64,000 nucleotides of DNA from Guillardia theta CCMP2712. Its lineage: Eukaryota > Protista > Cryptophyta. A program made the translations under genes and the position numbers. This document shows, piece by piece, positions 21,312 to 36,191 of the stretch. The stretch is taken from positions 667,877 through 731,876 of the forward strand of contig NW_005434666.1 in assembly GCF_000315625.1 (NCBI RefSeq), given 5' to 3'. The notes under the pieces were generated by a model that worked only from the letters and a program-made list of their open reading frames with translations, had not been told where the DNA came from and did not search any database. Numbering within the stretch: position 1 is the first letter of the stretch; every line of letters begins with the position of its first letter.

Positions 21312-23541
21312 TCAACGACGAGCACTCCTCGTTGACCTCGGCGGCCTCCCAGAAGTCTGCACCAGCGTCAAACCATCATGAGTCGTACCTCTCCCTCTCG
21401 TTTCCATCCCTCCCTTTCTCCTCCCCCTCCTCCCTGTCTTCCCCCTCCTCCTTCCTCCTCTCACATTCGGCGATGCTCTGGTAGCTGATCGCTTGGAAGC
21501 CGGCCCATTCTTGACCTCTTCGTCCACCTGCAGCGGAGGAGGAGCCGGTCGTTTCCTCGAAAACGATTCATCGCGATTGCCATCGTTGGTTGCCGCAGCC
21601 GCTGCAGCTGCCACAGAACGAGGAGATCTGAAGCGGGAGGAGGAGGAAGTTGCGCTATCCTTTGCAAAGCTCGCGTTGCCCCGCTCCTTGCTGCTATGCG
21701 GAACTCGAGGAGAGCTGTTGAGGAACGAGGAGGGGCTGAACGTGGATCTGGTAGACCTGGCTGATCTTGGGCTCCTGGGGAAGAAGCATGAGAGGAAGGA
21801 GGAGGACGACGCGGTCGACCTGGCAGAGCGGGTTGAACGCGGCATGTCCACCATGGTATCCCCGAAGAAGCCCCCGATGTCGATGTTCTCAAAGTTCTAG
21901 CTGGATGTCAGTGCAGTGCAGCGAGCGTCAAAGAGGAGCGAGAGGTGGCTAGCAAGGAGGGGAAGACGCAGATGACGAGGGCGGACAGGCGGGCCCACCG
22001 GAGTTTGGAGGAGACCCGAGAGGAGTGGAGAGTCCGATAATGAGGGGGTCAACCCCGATGCTGCATGGCACACCAGTCAGCGAAGAGGGCAGGGAACTAC
22101 AAGTGCGAGCTGAAAAGAGAGGGAGGAGGAGGAGGAGGAGGAGGAGGAGGAGGAGGAGGAGTTCTGGGGGGGGGGGGGGGATGGGGTGTGGAGAGGACGA
22201 GGTCGACGACAAGAAGGAGGAGGAGGAGGGGCAAAGGGGGGATGGAGAGGAGGATGGACAACAGTCAGAGACGGTCATTGCTCACCAAGGTTGTTAAAGT
22301 CTACATGATGGTTGGCGATCCTGCTCGATCGCACACGGGCTGAAGCTGGTTCCGTCTCCTGCAGTGGCTGGGACATCAGGACGCTGCCTCCGCATCTCCT
22401 CCCTCCCACTATCACCTCGCCCAGATGTTTCGCTGCTCTCCCACTCTCGCTCCTCCCTGACTTAGGCGTGAAGCCAGAGTTCATGAGAAACCTGAAAATT
22501 CTTTCAGATCTGCCCCGCTGCCTTGTGTCACTGGTCACACCGTCTTGTCACAGATCGAGTGAGAGGAGTTCCGGAAGGTGATCTGAAGAAGCTCCCAAAC
22601 CTGTTGACAGCTCACATGACAATCTTCCTTGCCAGCCCGAGTCTCACGGGTTGTCGAAGGGTGAGTTGCTGAACAACGGCTCCTCAGGAAAGATATCTGA
22701 CTGCGGGAAAGGGTCGTTCTGGATCTGCAAGTACTCTTCACTCACATCGAGTCCCCTTCAAGGCAACAAGTGGAGCTCACATGCGACGAAGCAGGTCTTG
22801 ACCGCGATGATGATCGTAAACTGGCGCTTCCCTCCTCTGGGTTAGCCTGATTGGTCGCAATGGGCGCTGGACGGGATGCGTTCATCCGAGGGCTCTTCCT
22901 CCCCGGGCTCTTGCGCTGCTGGATCACCTCAGCGGCCAGGGAGGAGAGAAGACTAAACTTTCTTCACTTACCGTCCCGGGGCTGCTCTTGTTCGACGTAG
23001 TCGTCTTGCTCTGCGAGGGCAGCGCGTTGTTGGGCCGTTGAGCGAGGAACGACTCGTCGCCGGGGCCAGCATTGCGCAAGATTCCTTCAGACTTCCTCTG
23101 CAGGGTGGAATACCAATGATTCTTGATCGAGTTGTCAGTCCTGCTCGAAGATGCACGTTGGTCAGTCACCCCACAAAGAAATCCCCCTGTCCAGACCTGC
23201 CCGGAAGGAACTTGGCGATCTCAGTCCAACGATTTCCAAACTTGCTCTGCGCAATGCAGATCATCTTGTCCTCTTCGTCTGTCCATGGGTCCTTTCGGAT
23301 TGAGGGATCCAGCTGATTCTTGTACCGCTCCCTACCATCAGCAACTGAATGGACGGCAAGACAAGAGGCAAGCTGAGCACTACCTGCACTGCTTTCCACT
23401 CCTCCCCTTCAGCTGGGAGGCAACGATGGCCCACTTCCTCAGTCCATGTTCCTTCACCAGCTGCACTATGAGGTCGTCCTCCTCCTGCGACCATGGCCTT
23501 CGGTTGTCGGCGTTGCTGTCCAAGGACAAGTTGAGGTCCAT
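21312..23541 (-). CDS. R2R3-type MYB transcription factor
   Basis: RRPWSQEEDDLIVQLVKEHGLRKWAIVASQLKGRSGKQC|RERYKNQLDPSIRKDPWTDEEDKMICIAQSKFGNRWTEIAKFLPGR|TDNSIKNHWYSTLQRK, followed by a long Ser/Pro/Arg-rich tail. Confidence 0.93.
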
Positions 23542-24039
23542 AGCTCACCCTTGACTTCTAAAAAACAGTGAATCACAATACAGTACGAGGTTCATGGCTT
23601 AAGCATATATCAAACGATTAATAAATGTTCTGGTCGAATAGAGTCGAGCAGAAACATAACATCCACTTGTTCCTGGCGCTCCAGCAGCAGCATCGATACA
23701 CATAGCCAGCCCTCACTTAAGATCTCGAGCATGCATGGCACAGGCTTAATTTCAAGCAGGAACGCGTACAAAGCTTTAGAGGAGCAATCTGATGATGAGC
23801 AATCTAATGATGAAAAGCTCACCCTCTCCCCCTTTATGCTCCTCCTTCCCCTTCCCCTCTTCCCTTCCCCTCAAATCTCCCCATTCTATCTCCCCATCCT
23901 ATCTCCCCGTCTTACCTTCTCCTTCCCCCCCTTCTCCCTCCTCTTCTCCCTCTCCTCCTCTCGCTCCTGCCCCTGGATGCGCCCCGGCTAGCTCATTTCA
24001 TTTCTCAACAGTTATATGAGCGAACTCCTCGGCCGAACG

Positions 24040-25840
24040 ACGCACCACCCCTGAGTCTCGTAACCCCTGGAAATTAGTGATTTTACACCCCTAATACAAG
24101 AATAGTTTAATACAAATTGTATTAACTAAATTAGTCCTGATGCTTCGTTCTGTGATAAAGTCCAAATTTGGTTCTGCACAAGAAGTAGCGAGGGGGAACA
24201 GGGGGTAGTCAGAGCTGATAGAAGGGGTGGTATCAGCACCAAGAATTATGAGGAAGGTGGGGTGGTCCAGGTAACTGCCATCAAATAACAATTTTTTACT
24301 CACCGGCAGGCCCAGGGCCGCAGCCGCCGGCCCGGCCCGGACCACTGGACTTGGCAACTTGCCAGTGCTCACAGCGCCGTCGGATGGATCGCCGCATGCC
24401 AGCCGTGCCCGTCAGATAGCACCGAGTTAACAAAACTCCCCTGTAAACCAAGACGACCCTTACGCGTTTCAAGGCGGCCGCCGGGGGCCGGGCAACGGTA
24501 GTCACTGAGTACAGGCCTCGCTGGACGTGGCGTGACCGTACAATCGGAGGCTCGGATGCCTTGAGAGTGCCACCGCCCCCCGCGGCTCCGGCCGGCCCGG
24601 GCCGCGGCCGGCGGCCCGCACTGGCCTGGGCCTGGCCGGACCGGGTTGGGACAGTATCGGAGTAAACTCGAGTTTCTTTACTCAAAGTTAAGTTAAAGAT
24701 CAGTACGAGGACAATCAGAGTCATGTGAGGGTTCGAGGTCTCATGCCCTGTAAGCAACGTTAACGGTCACGGTGAGTCATGCCATGGTATCATGCATGCT
24801 GATAAGATCACGTTTCGTGCATGGCCCTTGCACGGCTCAATCTACACCACTACCCCCTTTGCAGGGTGTTCAAAGGTGTGGGTGTCCATGTGACCCTGCT
24901 CTAGAATACTCGATTTTAGTAGCTTCCCTGAAAAGTTTATTTTTCCACTAATGAACAGGTGTATTCTTTCCTGTGGTAAACAGAGGCAAACCTCTTCGTT
25001 TGGCGAATAGCCATCACCTGATCACCATTCGTTGAAGGAAAATCACCCCAACCCCCTTTCATGTCTATCAGGCTACTACCTTGCCCGACGACACTACCCC
25101 CCATTTTCTAGGATCCTTCATACGAACTGCTTGGAGACAAACTCAAGCACACCCTTACCCCCCCATGTTGAGACTAAACTTTTGTTCAGAGCACCCCGAC
25201 CCCCTGCATGGCTTGGTCATGTTTCAACGGTCATGACACTTGTTCGCATCATGGACACCACCCATGGTAATACACCCCTCAGTATCCCGTTTAAAGCAGG
25301 GGTCTGTGTCACCTTTGTCATGAAAATCATGACATGATTTGTTGAGTAACGTGACTGCTGATCTAGTCACGTTACTTCTTCCAGGACATAGACCTTGCCG
25401 ATCTCTCTACCCCTACTCAACGTATTGTACCCCTTCTTAAACCATATGTCAACGGGGAATTATACCGGTATCTTCATCACCCTACCCCCTTGATGAATTC
25501 GGGGTCACACCTCTCCATTTGCACATCCCTCGGTCTCCCCGGTATCACCCACTCACTCCCCAACTCTTGGCCACCCACCCACCTGTCCGTTCACCAAGTT
25601 TCATCACCCCACCGGTCTTTTCCCCAGAAATGGAGGGTTGGTGGGGTAGCTCCATGGAAGTACCCCTCAAAGTACCATCCAGAACCCACCCTTTTGAGAA
25701 TAGTTTTAAGTATTCTCCGTTGACTACCCCTACTTTTGACTACGGTCAGCCGATTGAGGGTGGTAGGACCAACTTTTTTAGCCCTCCTATCTCCCTGACC
25801 CCCCTACGCTGCTGGAAACTGAACCCCTACCCTACAGCAA
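24040..25840. promoter_or_regulatory. Putative divergent promoter region (MYB <- -> ARM gene) with GC-rich CCGG core, GGGGT/ACCCC motifs and many short inverted repeats
   Basis: Non-coding gap between head-to-head genes. GC block at 24300-24650. Inverted repeats at 24103-24128, 24664-24675, 25324-25340 and 25345-25376. Confidence 0.55.
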
Positions 25841-26163
25841 CACGCGCGCAATACGGCACATCCTCCTCCCCTGCCCCTGTCGACTCCCCTGGTTGCTCTT
25901 GCTTCTGCCGCTCTCTGCGCATTTCTTGTAGCCCTCATATCCTTTTCTTTCGTAACCTTCCTCCGTCGCTCTTTCTACTTCAAAGCTTCGCCAGCCTTTC
26001 TTGTTCATTGACTTCTCGTGAGTACAAGCTTGTATTTGGTCAGCTTCACGTAACAGAAACTGGTGTTTCAATGATGCGCAACTTTCACTGATTCATACTG
26101 TTGAGTCTTGTGCTGGAAGCTTGTAATTTCAGTCCAAGTTTACATCATATCTAGTGGAATATT

Positions 26164-27456
26164 ATGTCAGTCGCCGCACACAGACCTCCGATGAACTACC
26201 CTGAACCTCGTACGAAGCTTATGTTCGGGTTCGGTGCGGCATCGCTGTCATCGAATCCGTCGCAAACTCCGGCTGAGAGCAAGATCTGCTTCGGAATTGG
26301 AAGCAATGTAAGCAGCTCGGGCGGACAAACAAGACCATCTGGAGTGAATCACACAGTCTCGGCTGCTTCTTTGTTTGGATGCAAGATTGCTGGTGTCTGC
26401 TCTAGTGACGAGAGTCCGCTCCCCATGGGCTCTACGGGCGCGCTATCTTCCTTACTTCAAAAGTCGCAAGCTCCATCACGTTCTTGCTTGTTGGAGGTCT
26501 CGTTGAAGGCATTGCAATGCGATAAGTCTCCCCCTTGTTTGCGAGCAAATGCAGCGAGCTCAATCGCCAACATGGCTTTGCAATCCGACATCCAGAACAA
26601 GATGCTCGTTCCATCCAACCTTGATTCTCTTGTACATATTTTGAAATGCTCAGAAGAAAGTACTGTCCGACAATTCCTGTGCATGGCTTTCGGAAGACTT
26701 GTGTCGAACAAAACGTCCTTGCCGGTTCTCTTGGCCCATGACTCTCTTGTACAGACGTTGCAGGATATTGCAAAGGACTCGAACTTGGGGTATTGGAGAC
26801 AGGCTGCTCGCACAGTTGCGATCATGACTGCAAAGGCATCTGATCAGAATCAACTCAGCAACATGTGCACAGCTGGAAACATTGGAATTCTGCAAAAACT
26901 CATGCAGATTGAACAAACAGAAATCCAGACAGACGCCATCAGAGCTCTTGTACCCTATGTTCAGAACGCTGACAGGATCGCACTGCTCAATGATAACAAC
27001 ATCTGGGAGAGCTTGTTCAGGATGGCTCACCAGTCACACTCCCCAGTGATCGAACAGTTGACTGTAAATATCCTACAAACTGCAATGGAGTCGAAATCAA
27101 ATGGAATTCGATTCTCGTACCATGCTCTGGAATTACTCTCCGATCTTGCGAAAGCTCAACGAGTCAAGTGGGAGACTGCTGGTGTCTGTGGTGCAAGGAA
27201 CAGATCGTTCAGTGTGGTCTTGTGTCAGTACCTCTGTGCTGATCACGGTGAGGTGCATGAGTACGATCACTTGGTGGCGTCAGGAGTCTCGCGTGAGGTG
27301 GTTTCGGATGTTTTGGAAATGTCCAACGTGGCAGAATTCGAAGACGAGGCGAACGTCGCCGATTCGGGGAAGAGGAAGCGGCATAGGCAAGAAACGATCA
27401 CTGCCTTTGCTAGACTGTGTACGGTCAGGAAGCGCAGCCGAAGTATAGTAGACTAG
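26164..27456 (+). CDS. Armadillo/HEAT-repeat protein, 430 aa, single coding exon, basic NLS-like C-terminus
   Basis: ARM-like helices (LRANAASSIANMALQSDIQNKM, LDSLVHILKCSEESTVRQFLCMAFGRL, IGILQKLMQIEQTEIQTDAIRAL) and basic motifs GKRKRHR and RKRSRS. Confidence 0.75.
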   Translation: MSVAAHRPPMNYPEPRTKLMFGFGAASLSSNPSQTPAESKICFGIGSNVSSSGGQTRPSGVNHTVSAASLFGCKIAGVCSSDESPLPMGSTGALSSLLQKSQAPSRSCLLEVSLKALQCDKSPPCLRANAASSIANMALQSDIQNKMLVPSNLDSLVHILKCSEESTVRQFLCMAFGRLVSNKTSLPVLLAHDSLVQTLQDIAKDSNLGYWRQAARTVAIMTAKASDQNQLSNMCTAGNIGILQKLMQIEQTEIQTDAIRALVPYVQNADRIALLNDNNIWESLFRMAHQSHSPVIEQLTVNILQTAMESKSNGIRFSYHALELLSDLAKAQRVKWETAGVCGARNRSFSVVLCQYLCADHGEVHEYDHLVASGVSREVVSDVLEMSNVAEFEDEANVADSGKRKRHRQETITAFARLCTVRKRSRSIVD

Positions 27457-27542
27457 GACAAAGAGCAAGGATTTCTGTGATTGTAAATAAAATACGGGTG
27501 AAAGTACAAGTACATTGGAAATCAAATATTAGTCTGACTCTT

Positions 27543-29979
<2,437 letters not shown>

Positions 29980-30431
29980 TCTTTCAACTCCTGTAATAAT
30001 GCTGTACAAATCGTCAGGTCGAAAACATGCCAAATCATTACAGCGCCATTAGCAACAAAAACCTCTAGAATTCTAAAGAAAAGTATTCATCTAACCCCCT
30101 TCAAGAAGCATCAATATCACAGAGTGCTATTCTCATCTTCAGATGGCAAGGGAATTCAAGGAAGTCATTTTGCTTCTTAATTTTCCTTTTGCAGCATTCC
30201 GCTTTCGGTATATACCCAGTCAAGCTCAATCATCTAGCTCAACATTCCCATCAATATTCTTTGGACACAGCATCTCCATTGCTCCATCCCACGTCCTTCT
30301 CTCACCAACATACATCCTCTCTGCTCCCGTGAGGGAGTCTCCTCCGCCCCGCTCTGAGACGTCTGCTTCCAGCTCCACCTCATCTCTCCCTCGCAGAGCT
30401 CATCCACACTATATCTTCTGCTCCATCTTTT

Positions 30432-30562
30432 CTCGTCTCTCCTCCTCTTTCGCTCTCCTCTCCTCGTTCCCTTCCTCTCATCGCTCTCGTCTCTCCTCCT
30501 CTTCCTCTCTCCTCTCCTCCTTCCCATCCTCTCATCGCTCTCGTGTCTCTCCTCCTCTTCCC
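30432..30562 (+). repeat. ~54 bp polypyrimidine tandem repeat, ~2.5 copies, upstream of CNOT11
   Basis: Unit ctcgtctctcctcctct...cctctcatcgct repeated. Confidence 0.8.
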
Positions 30563-30872
30563 TCATCCCCTTCATGCCCTTCTCGCCCCGCCGCATGAGC
30601 ATTGCACGTCCACCACCGCTACCAGCCACACGATAACCCCTGATGATGTACTCTATTGCAGGGGTACTTTCACTACCCCACCTGGGCAAACATGTTCACA
30701 ATGTACCTGGGTAAAAAGGGGGTGGGGTGGGTCTATTCTGTCCGTTACAGAATGCTCAACGGTTGTCACCACCCGTTATGAATCAGTTATGAATTGAGAG
30801 CTTGATGTTGAGTGGGGATGAGGTCAATTCCCAACGGTTGGTTGAAGCATGGCTGCTAGGTAGACAAGCACA

Positions 30873-33800
30873 ATGGCGGAGGAGGAGAAGAAGCCGAACA
30901 TGGAGGGGGAGAGCATGGCGGAAGAGGAGGGTAAGGAGGAAGCGAAGGAGGAAGCGACGGAGGAAGCGACGGAGGAAGCGACGGAGGAAGCGAAGGAGGA
31001 GGCAAAGGATGAAGCAAAGGAAGTAGCGAAGGAGGAGGGGGTGAACGAAGCGAAGGAGGAGGGCGAGGACGAAGCGAAGGAGGAAGGAAAGGAGGAAATC
31101 AAAGAACCAGATGAGGAGGACAGGAAGGAAGATGGCGAGGGGATTCAAGAGTCAGACTTGAAAGCTGAAGATGGGATCAAGGATGGTGACGACAACAAGG
31201 AAAACGCTCAAGGCTCTCAAAGTAGCCAAGAAGCAGACGGTGAACCTCCACCAGCTGAAATGCAGCAAAGGATCGACCATGCTGATACGAAGGGTAACGA
31301 AGTAGCCGACGGCCAGGTGGACGGAGATGGCAAGGAGATCTCAGAGGGCCAAGAACAAGGGAAGCAAGCCGTGAAGCAGGAGGGGAGCAAGGAGACAGTC
31401 ACGAACCGAGAGGAAGTTGCGCAGGAGCATTCAGCCCTGACGGTTTCGAAGCAGGAAAAAATTCTAAGGCACATCTTGCAAGATCTGGACAAACAAACTC
31501 AATGGAAGACGAAAGTGTCTGCCCTGAAGAGGCTCCAAGACATCTTCAGCAAGGGGTCGAACCTCTCCTCTCCTCCCCTCGTGAAGATGGTGAGGTCCAC
31601 GGAGTTCTCTCGGGTTGTGTCGGAACTGTTCGGAGAGATTCGAAGCCAGTTGGTGAAAGAGGCGGCTGACACGTTTGAGAAACTTTCCGCTCACCTTGAC
31701 GACAAGAACAAGGACTTCAAGGAGTACGACCAGTTGTTCGCTGACTTTGTCGTCCCCGAGATGCTGAAAGCTGTTTGCAAGGGAAACCCGACCATCTCGT
31801 CCACAGCTGACTTGTCGCTCGGAATGATCGTGAAGAACGTCACCTCCCCGAAACTTCTTCGCAGCATCCTTGAGCCCATGGCAGATGTCGAAGTTCACTC
31901 CAAGATCCGCCTTGCCTGCGCTAAGTACCTCTGCTTCCTCCTCGACTCCTGGCCGCGCGACAAGCTGCAGCAGACAAGTCTGGACATCTGGAAGGGCCGC
32001 ATGGACGCGGTGGATGCGGTCGAATTCGCCGTCCTCAAGTGCCTTTCAGACAGCAAGTCGGAGACGAGGGAAGCCGCAGGCTCTGCCTACGAGAAGTTTT
32101 CTGCCATGTTCCCTGCCCGAGGAGCGAAGATGATGAGCAACATGAGCAAGCAGCAGGTGAGAGGAGGAGGAGGAGGTGGAGGAGGAGGAGGAGGACCTTG
32201 TCTACTGTCTTCGTTGTCGCTGCTGGGAGGTGCTGATGTACATGCAGCTTCGCCTGGTCAGAGCAGCTGGCGAGGGTAAGGAGGAGGACGCTGAAACAGC
32301 GGGAAGGGTTGAGAGGAAGAGCAAGAGCCTGTCTCCAACCAGGAGGTCGTACCGACAGAGCGCCGCAGGGGCCGTGAGGGAACGACAGAAGGTGGAGGGG
32401 CAGCAAGACGAGCGGGGTAGGAAGAAGAAGGAGGAGCAGGGAGAGGGGCAAGAAGTGAATGCACAGCAGCGGATGGAGGCGAACCAGCTGAGGGAGCGAA
32501 TCTCCTTCCTGGAGGTCTCGCTGGAGAACGAGAGGAAGAAGGTGAAGATGATGCAGAGGCTCAAGGACGATGCGGAGTCGTTGCTGGCGGAAGAGAGAGC
32601 AGCTCGAGTTGCCATGGAGAAGGAGAGCCAGGCAGATCTTGTGGGGGAGGAGGCGATGAGGGAACATGTCAGGAAGCTCAAGACTGAGCAGGCAAGGAAC
32701 AGGAAGCTCTTCGAGGAACGGGAGATGTGGAAGGACAAGTGCAAACAGCTCGAGCTGCAGCTGGCCAGCAGGAACGAGCAAGAGAAGAAGCAGGAGAAGA
32801 AGCAGGCGACCAAGGAGGAGAAGGAGGAGGGCAAGAAGGAGAAGGTAGCACCTGCCGGCCCCGTCGGAGACCCCGCATACAACCGGAAGCAGGAGAAGGT
32901 GATATCTCAGCTGAAGAAGAAGGTGGAGGAGCTGCAGAGCAAGGAGGCCGAGCGGGACAGCCTGCAGAAGCAGGAGATCGAAGTGCTGGAGGAGAAGCTG
33001 CGAGGGAGGGAAGAGGAGCTGGAGAGAAACAAGAGCGAGGCCAAGTTCGCCAAGGAAGACATGATGAGGATGAAGGAGAGGTGGCAGCTGAGAGAGAAGG
33101 ATTGGTTCAACACGAGGATGTCGCTAGAGCGAGAGGTCGAAGAGCTCAAGGCCCTCTGGCAGTCAGTCAGGCAAGAGGATGAACATGAAAGAGGCCCTCC
33201 TACCGCCTCGTCTCGTCCGATGCCGCAGGACGAGCAGGACGAAGGGCTGGATGATGAGGTGCTGGAGGACCGTCACGCCCCCCGCCGGCAGCCCGACGCC
33301 ATCAGCCCAAGGGCTGAGGAGGAGCAGAGGGAGGCGCAGGAGAAGATGAAAGAATTGATGGAGGAGATCCAGAGCTTGAAAGAAAAAGTCTTGCAGCAGG
33401 TTGAGGAGGAGGGAAGGATTTTTAGGCGGAGGTTTAAGTACTTCAAACTGCGACTGTTACAAGAGGATCGTGACAGCTCTCGTCCTAAGGTACAGATGAT
33501 GTGCGCTCCGGAGCTTAATTCAGCTCTGTGGAGCTGGAGAGCTTTTTCGTTGATCGTGGGATACGACATGACAAAATTCCAGAGTACTCTCAGGTCTACA
33601 ATGCGTTCGCTGAACGTGGAATCAGAAGCGTGACGTCGATTAATCGGANNNNNNNNNNNNNNNNNNNNNNNNNNNNNNNNNNNNNNNNNNNNNNNNNNNN
33701 NNNNNNNNNNNNNNNNNNNNNNNNNNNNNNNNNNNNNNNNNNNNNNNNAGTTTCATAGACAAAGTTCATGGTGAAGACAAGGTCAAAGGGATGAGGACAA

Positions 33801-35168
33801 GGAGGAGGACAAAGGCGAAGAGGAAGACTACTAAGGAGGAAGGCGAAGGAGAAGCAGATTATGATGAGACCGGGGATAGTCGAAGGGAGAGTTATGATAA
33901 GATAGCGCGAAGGGAAGCGAGATCATGATCCGAAAGGGAAGGAAAAAGATCATGCTACTACGACCAATGAAGGCCAGCACCCCCCCCCTCACCTACGGCA
34001 ACCACCACGACCTCCTCCTCCTCCTCCTCCTCCTCCTCCTCCTCCTCCTCCTCCTCCTCCTCCTCCTCCTCCTCCTCCTCCTCCTCCTCCTCCTCCTCCT
34101 CCTCCTCCTCCTCCATCAAAGACTCTGTCCTCTTACCTCCTCTGAGCTCTCCTGCTGGGATCCTCCATCTCTTCACTCACCCTCCCCAGTGACTTAGTCC
34201 TGCCCTTTCCTCCTTGCTCCTCCTTTGCATTTCTCCCCTCACTGTCCTCCGCGCCCTCTTGTTCGCAGCCGCTGAGCATGAGGGGCAGGTGATGATCGAG
34301 AAGCTGCGAGCGGAGTTGGACTGGAGCATGAGGAATGAAAGCCAAGAGCAGAGGAGGATGAAAACTCTCCTCGCTGTGGTTGGATCCAAGACTGTTCGTC
34401 CCCTCTGTTTTGACGAGACTGCAGGCGGAGGAGAAGAGGAGGAGGACGGAGGCTCAGCTCGAGGAGGTCGTGCTGCTGCTGCTGAGAGGAAGGATGACTA
34501 ATCCTTCTCCAGATCCTCCGCTATCTTCGTCGTAGCAAACAGGATGTGGACTCAGGAAAGGCAGAGGCGATGAGCGTGTTGAAGAGGATAGAGGTATGTA
34601 CTTCCTCCTCTCTCCCCGCTCTTCCCTTCCTCCCACCTCGTCCTCCTCCTTTTTTCGTGACCTCCTGCTCGCACAGGGCATGATGCACGAGGAGACCAAC
34701 AAGGTCAAGCAGCTGATGGAGGTTCGATAGCCTTCGGGCAGAGAGGAGAGCAGAGGAGGGGAAGGGAGGGGAGGGGAGGGGAGGAGAGGAGAGGAGAGGA
34801 GGAGGTAAGACAACTCAGGTCAAGTCGGAGATCGGCAAGATGCACAAGGAAGCGAACATGTACGACGTGCTTATCAACAACATCGAGAGAGCAACAAATC
34901 CGCAAGGTCAGCACTTGACGAACATGCCTTCTCCTGACCTTCTTCCCACACTCTCCCTGCTCCTTACAAGACCACAGGCGAAATACCTTCAGTGTACGAT
35001 AAGGACAAGCAATGGCCTCTGTCCTTTCAAGATCCTCCGGGCGGTCGCCTCCCCTTCCTCCCTGCTTTCCCGCACGTAGTTCATCGCCAGCCGCCGTATC
35101 CTCCTCCTCAACCACAGGTTCTTCAAGTCCCTCCAGGACGATACGCAGGAGGAAGAGCTGTTTATTGA
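30873..35168 (+). CDS. CLASP_N/TOG-like microtubule-binding domain protein with acidic N-terminal EEA(K/T) repeats and long coiled coil; 3' exons approximate, gap inside
   Basis: QWKTKVSALKRLQ..EIRSQLVKEAA..HSKIRLACAKYLCFLLDSW..KCLSDSKSETREAAGSAYEKF matches CLASP TOG HEAT motifs. ORF 32176-33633 is an E/K/R-rich coiled coil. Confidence 0.8.
33649..33748. other. Scaffold gap (100 N)
   Basis: Run of N. Confidence 1.
34011..34114 (+). repeat. (CTC)n microsatellite
   Basis: About 35 copies seen directly. Confidence 0.97.
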
Positions 35169-35266
35169 TTCTAGCAGAGCTTGTTCGAATATGTACATTC
35201 ATGATGATGCTGTAAATCACACCGAGAAGATTCTTTGAGCGTGTGTATAAGAGAGAGAGGAGGGAA

Positions 35267-35923
35267 TCAGACGCGTTGTCTCTTCTTCTCTTTCTTCTCT
35301 TTCTTGTCTTTCTTGTCTTTCTTGTCCTTCTTGTCTTTCTTCTTCCGTTTCTACAGATAAAACTCAGAAGATGGAGATACATGTCGCTGAACTAACAAAC
35401 ACCTTATCAGCCTTGTCTGCTAGATCTCTGTGGTTGGTACCGCGAGCAAGCTGACGAAGGTCCATCAGGGCAGCAATGAAGCATCTTAGCATGCAGATTT
35501 ACCTTCTCGTTCCTCTCTTGGTCTAGCTGCCTTCTATACTCCGCGGTCTCTTCGTCCATTCCCTGCTCCAGCCTCGACTCGAACTGTTTCTTATGCTTCT
35601 CCTTATATTCTTCCCACGTCAGCCTCTGTGTGGGGGTCGCGAGGTACTGCCAGCATGAGTTACTCCCGTGCACCCGCCACCTCTCAGATCCACAACAACA
35701 TGGGCAGGAAGGGGGCAGCAATGGCAAAGCTACGCCCGAGCTGACCGTCATGCATGTCGCACGAGGACTGCCTCTCGCCATGACGTACCTGCAGTCGTTG
35801 CTGCACACCAACAGGATCAGCTATGGTGTTGAGAGAGCTTGCAGTCGACGTCTTCTTTCCTCCTCCTCCTCCTCCTCCTCCTCCTCCTCCATAGCGCTTC
35901 ACGCGGTTCGAAGATCTCCCCAT
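35267..35923 (-). CDS. FAM133-like small lysine-rich nuclear protein
   Basis: MGRSSNR..YLATPTQRLTWEEYKEKHKKQFE..DEETAEYRRQLDQERNEKLARG..KRKKKDKKDKKDKKDKKEKKEKKRQRV* resembles the FAM133 pattern MGKRDNR..RPTWEEVK..KKELEKHREKLL..K-rich tail. Confidence 0.7.
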
Positions 35924-36191
35924 GGAAATCCTTTCATCTACTACCCCTACCCCTCTTTTCCGACTCTCCTATATAGCGTTTATCACCCCCTGATGCTGCC
36001 CCATGGCAAAGGTGGAAGAGATCGTTTGGGCCGCAAAGGAGGAACAAGAACGTAGCAGGAGGACGAGACACAAGGACGATCTCGGGTGGCTAGCAAGCGA
36101 TGATGCGCATTGAAAACTGAAGGGAGTCAAACATGGCGGCTACCAGAAAGCTCTTGTGGATTGGTTGATCTGTAACCAGTGAGAGACGGAG

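Noticed and set aside
24296-26091. ORFs 24296-24757(-), 25032-25337(+) and 25519-26091(+)
   Set aside because: No domain motifs or consistent codon bias. They arise from GC-rich or C-rich promoter and UTR sequence.
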